Assembly (NCBI GenBank): GCA_002793075.1
Contig: PFPO01000049.1
Location: 1-20,261 of the forward strand
Length of the DNA stretch: 20,261 nt
Source: Candidatus Komeilibacteria bacterium CG_4_10_14_0_2_um_filter_37_10
Lineage (GTDB): Bacteria; Patescibacteriota; Patescibacteriia; UBA1558
Reading direction: 5' to 3'
Shown here: positions 17,354-20,261 of the stretch, in pieces
Layout of the letters: each line of letters opens with the position of its first letter
Numbering within the stretch: position 1 is the first letter of the stretch
Notes under the pieces: model-generated
Database searches by the model: none
What the model was told of the DNA's origin: nothing
The model's input: the letters and a program-made list of their open reading frames with translations, nothing else
Program-made: the position numbers and the translations under genes

Positions 17354-19177
17354 TTATTCAACGTTGATTACACCTCGGGGAACGCCCATGGCACAAGTTA
17401 TGGAATATTGACCTTTCTTGGTGGGCGTAAAATCAAGTTCCAAGATGTTACCACTCTGTAAATACTCGGGATTATTATATAAGCCCGGTATCATAATCGT
17501 GCTCATACACCCCTGACCGTCATCCTTAACGTCAATCAAGAATTTAACTGGCATACCAGCTGTGACAGAAAAATTGTTTGGCTGGATATCCTTATTTAAA
17601 GTATAAACGGCTTTGATGATCTGTGCTGGTGTATTAGCTACTGCGTTATTATTCACACTGCCATAATCCGGCTTGGTACTATTGGCGTTAATCGGTGGGC
17701 GAGCTCCACCGCCGCAACCACCACAACCGCCACCACCAAGACCGCAGGACGATCCTTTGGTGGCTGCTTTATTATTGGTAGATGAATTGCTCGCTCCAGA
17801 AATAGGGCCGTCTGTACTTACTACATTAAATGCCCCCCGATACATACCCATACTACAAGAGAAAGGAATTTTACCTTCTTCTTGAGGAGTAAATTCAAAA
17901 ATATTTTCACCGGCAACTAAATTTTCTCTAATACCCAACTTCGGCGCGCTGATACTAGCAGCACAGGAATATGGTTCCGTAACATTAATGATCCACTTAA
18001 CTGGCATATCTTTTCTGATAGTAAAATTGTTTGGTGAATAGCCTGTGTAGCTCTCAGTCATTTTGACTATCTGTACACCATCTTGGATTATCACATTGGG
18101 ATCTTGTGAATTTGTTACTGCGGAATTTTTGTCACCCCCCCAACTAATGCCGACTAAAGCCAGGCCATTAGATATATTGAATAGCGCAAACAAAATTACT
18201 ACTACACCAGCCACCTTAAAAAATTTCCGCGCCGCAGATCCTTTCACTGCCGAAGTTATACCACCGATAGAAAGAAGTCCTGGTGCGGTACCTATGGCAA
18301 ATAATCCCATAATCATCGCCCCCTGGACAAAACTACCGGTGGAGATGGCATATATTTGCATCGCTTGAGTAAATCCACAAGGCAAGAAAAAAGTGAGCGC
18401 GCCAACCATCAGGGAATTCCGATGATTGTATTCGGCGTGATGCCGATCAGTACCAAATAATTTAGCGATACCCTTGGGTAACGTCAATTTCCAAGAATTA
18501 AATTTCGGAAAAATTTCTATCAGTTGCAGACCGACAAATAACATTAAGGCACTGACAATAAAAGTTAAAAAACTTGTTATCGTTGTCGAGAGCTGAAAAA
18601 TTGATCCCAGGGCTCCCAGTAAACCACCGAGAATAACATAACCGCTAATGCGGCCTAAATTAAAAAATAAATGCGGCCTAAATTTTTGACTAGTTGTAGC
18701 TTCGGGATGCTTTTCCACGTGCTTAGCGGAAAGACCAAGTACTAAACCGCCAATCAAAGCCATACAGGAAGAGAAACCAGCTACCAATCCAATCAGCACT
18801 ACCGTACCAAGACTTGAAGGACTACCGCTGGTAGCAAAACCAATGTTAGTTAAGCCAAATAATTTTAAAAAACCATAAGTAATAATAACAATTACTACTG
18901 CGGTAAATAATTCTTTATAATCCTTGGGGTTACGACTAAAAAAACGTGGTTTTTCAGCAACGCCAACTTGATAGCCAGCCGCAACTACTGCTTGTTCTAA
19001 ATCCTGTGCTGCTGGCTTTTGCTGGGTGTAGTATATTTCTGCCACGCCTTTATGATGCGTTACCTCGCTTTTAGTAACGTGTTTGATATGCGAAAATTGT
19101 TCCTCCAACAAAAGTTCACAGGAACGACAATGCATGCCCTTAATTGGTAAGATTATTTTTTGTAATTTATGAGTCAT
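17354..19177 (-). CDS. multidomain membrane protein: N-terminal HMA + DsbD/CcdA-like (DsbD_2-type) 7-TM domain + cupredoxin-like domain + Gly/Cys-rich linker + second cupredoxin-like domain
   Basis: 607-aa ORF with an N-terminal HMA (GMHCRSCE). About 7 predicted TM helices carry conserved Cys in GFSSCMALIGG and FFLPCGFTQ, resembling the two-Cys CcdA/DsbD_2 transmembrane family. Two ~95-aa beta-rich modules with shared motifs (PNNF(T/S)(I/V)..(D/G)MPVK(W/F)(I/L)I(N/D)V ... F(E/D)FTP...G..(P/S)(F/I)(S/T)C(S/A)MG..RG..NV) look cupredoxin-like. Between them lies SSCGLGGGGCGGCGGGARPP. Confidence 0.8.
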   Translation of the reverse strand: MTHKLQKIILPIKGMHCRSCELLLEEQFSHIKHVTKSEVTHHKGVAEIYYTQQKPAAQDLEQAVVAAGYQVGVAEKPRFFSRNPKDYKELFTAVVIVIITYGFLKLFGLTNIGFATSGSPSSLGTVVLIGLVAGFSSCMALIGGLVLGLSAKHVEKHPEATTSQKFRPHLFFNLGRISGYVILGGLLGALGSIFQLSTTITSFLTFIVSALMLFVGLQLIEIFPKFNSWKLTLPKGIAKLFGTDRHHAEYNHRNSLMVGALTFFLPCGFTQAMQIYAISTGSFVQGAMIMGLFAIGTAPGLLSIGGITSAVKGSAARKFFKVAGVVVILFALFNISNGLALVGISWGGDKNSAVTNSQDPNVIIQDGVQIVKMTESYTGYSPNNFTIRKDMPVKWIINVTEPYSCAASISAPKLGIRENLVAGENIFEFTPQEEGKIPFSCSMGMYRGAFNVVSTDGPISGASNSSTNNKAATKGSSCGLGGGGCGGCGGGARPPINANSTKPDYGSVNNNAVANTPAQIIKAVYTLNKDIQPNNFSVTAGMPVKFLIDVKDDGQGCMSTIMIPGLYNNPEYLQSGNILELDFTPTKKGQYSITCAMGVPRGVINVE

Positions 19178-19265
19178 ATTAAGATTATTTATTTAACTAA
19201 AAGATAATTAAACTGTTATCTAACAAAAATACCAAAAAGCAATGGGCTATTGGCTCTTAATATAC

Positions 19266-19718
19266 TCATTCGCGTTTCGCGATCGTCTCTAAATGGTCAA
19301 TAATTAATAACGGTGGATCATTAATTGATAACAACGAAATTGGTTTAAAAAATTGATCTTTCTCGGTAACTGTCGATAAAAACATAACAACTACTCTTTC
19401 GCCAACTCTTAATTCTTGGGGATTGGTTTGACTTGGTTCATTTTTTTGATAACAACACGGTAATAGATTGTTATTATTTTGCTGCTGCCGAGTAACCGGT
19501 ACTGGCGCTGGAATACTATCGTGTGTCTGATTTGATTCTTGGCAATTATCCATACTGTTATTTGTCGTAACTACATCGTTGGCGGGTTCAGGTAGCGCTT
19601 GGGCTGCTAAAGCAATGCCGGGCAAGACAGCTAGGTGACAAAAAAATATACTCCCACTAAACAAGACTAACAAAGTCGCTAGGGCAATTATTCTTTTGTT
19701 GTTGTATTTCCGGTACAT
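19266..19718 (-). CDS. hypothetical membrane-anchored protein (signal-anchor/TM, Q/N-rich, CC motif) inside the copper operon
   Basis: 150-aa ORF with an N-terminal hydrophobic segment (IIALATLLVLFSGSIFFCHLAVLPGIALAA), then a polar region with QQQNNNNLLPCCYQKNEPSQ. It lies between csoR and the fusion gene on the same strand. Confidence 0.5.
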   Translation of the reverse strand: MYRKYNNKRIIALATLLVLFSGSIFFCHLAVLPGIALAAQALPEPANDVVTTNNSMDNCQESNQTHDSIPAPVPVTRQQQNNNNLLPCCYQKNEPSQTNPQELRVGERVVVMFLSTVTEKDQFFKPISLLSINDPPLLIIDHLETIAKRE

Positions 19719-19765
19719 GTATATTTTAACAAGTATTAATTAATAATATGTTAGGATGGCTCTTT

Positions 19766-20038
19766 TTATTTACTGGCTAAAGAGGTAACTTTAAGAATTT
19801 CTTCCGTCATTTTATTTTTTATCTTACTGTCTTTGGTGGCTATAGCATTGGCAAAGCAACCATGTAAATGATCTTCCATTAACATAGAATGCGCAGACCT
19901 TAACAAACCAATTACCGCCAAATTCTGCTGCATAATATCAATGCAATACTTGCCATCCTCTTTCATAGAAATAATTTTACTCAACAAAGAGTTGGCTTTT
20001 TTAAAATTAATAAGGATCTTTTCACTATTGTTAGCCAT
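19766..20038 (-). CDS. csoR: CsoR-family copper-sensing transcriptional repressor (CsoR/RcnR, DUF156)
   Basis: 90-aa ORF with the CsoR Cu(I) ligand signature: Cys in YCIDIMQQ, then H-x3-C in EDHLHGCF (the C-H-C pattern of the CsoR W-X-Y-Z fingerprint). It is the first gene of the minus-strand copper cluster. Confidence 0.8.
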   Translation of the reverse strand: MANNSEKILINFKKANSLLSKIISMKEDGKYCIDIMQQNLAVIGLLRSAHSMLMEDHLHGCFANAIATKDSKIKNKMTEEILKVTSLASK

Positions 20039-20056
20039 AAATATTACTTAATGTTT

Positions 20057-20081
20057 ATACCCACACCTGGGGTAGGGGTAT
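20057..20081. promoter_or_regulatory. candidate CsoR operator: GC-tract pseudo-palindrome ATACCCACACCTGGGGTAGGGGTAT between the divergent csoR genes
   Basis: TACCC ... GGGGTA inverted arms plus a tandem GGGGTA GGGGTA, the only GC-rich palindrome in the AT-rich 82-bp divergent intergenic region. It resembles known CsoR operators, which are G/C tracts flanked by TA and form pseudo-palindromes. A -10-like TATAAT at 20089-20094 would serve the plus-strand gene. Confidence 0.6.
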
Positions 20082-20120
20082 GAAGATATATAATCTCTAT
20101 CATTAGCCAAAAAATATTTT

Positions 20121-20261
20121 ATGACTATCCACAGGGAAAAAGCTTTAATCAGTTTTAAAAAGGCCCATAGCCTGCTCGGTAAGATCGTGATGATGGTTGA
20201 AGATAACCACTATTGCATTAACGTGATGCAGCAAAATTTAGCGGCGATTGGCTTGCTCCGC
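20121..20261 (+). CDS. second CsoR-family repressor paralog (5' part; runs off window end)
   Basis: Translation from the ATG at 20121 gives MTIHREKALISFKKAHSLLGKIVMMVEDNHYCINVMQQNLAAIGLL, about 60% identical to the N-terminus of the minus-strand CsoR, including the YC(I)(D/N)(I/V)MQQNLA(V/A)IGLL block. Confidence 0.65.
   Translation, partial: MTIHREKALISFKKAHSLLGKIVMMVEDNHYCINVMQQNLAAIGLLR

Noticed and set aside
17673-18368. ORFs 17673-17885(+) (poly-Pro) and 18063-18368(+) antisense to the fusion gene
   Set aside because: The poly-Pro product is the reverse-complement reading of the GGN/TGY Gly/Cys linker codons. Both are inside the 607-aa gene.

Overview
AT-rich (~35% GC) bacterial chromosomal window, gene-dense on both strands, with several accessory-looking modules. 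Minus strand, high to low coordinate: a standalone DedA-family protein, then an NfeD-like/flotillin (SPFH) pair followed by a small protein with beta-carbonic-anhydrase-like Cys/His motifs. Plus strand: a single-ORF DDE (rve-type, IS481-like) transposase sitting directly upstream of a Na+/Ca2+-exchanger-like transporter that is split by a frameshift at an A7 tract. A flavodoxin-like gene and a DedA-PAP2 fusion gene are transcribed divergently from one intergenic region. valS (valyl-tRNA synthetase) follows a near-consensus sigma70 promoter and a T-box-like leader with terminator. Its protein carries an intact histidine-phosphatase (PGAM-family) domain inserted in the zinc-knuckle region. After valS come a tiny Lys-rich ORF, an MGDG-synthase-family glycosyltransferase and two orphan hypothetical genes. 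The rest of the window is a compact copper-homeostasis locus on the minus strand. It runs csoR, a small membrane-anchored protein, a 607-aa HMA + DsbD/CcdA-like membrane domain + tandem cupredoxin-like fusion with a Gly/Cys-rich linker, copZ, and a copA P1B-ATPase with an extra TM helix and a ~270-aa C-terminal extension containing an internal repeat. A second csoR paralog is transcribed divergently across a GC-rich pseudo-palindromic operator and runs off the window end. No rRNA, tRNA or CRISPR array is visible. The most novel-looking items are the copper-locus fusion protein together with the CopA C-terminal extension, and the histidine-phosphatase insertion in ValRS.
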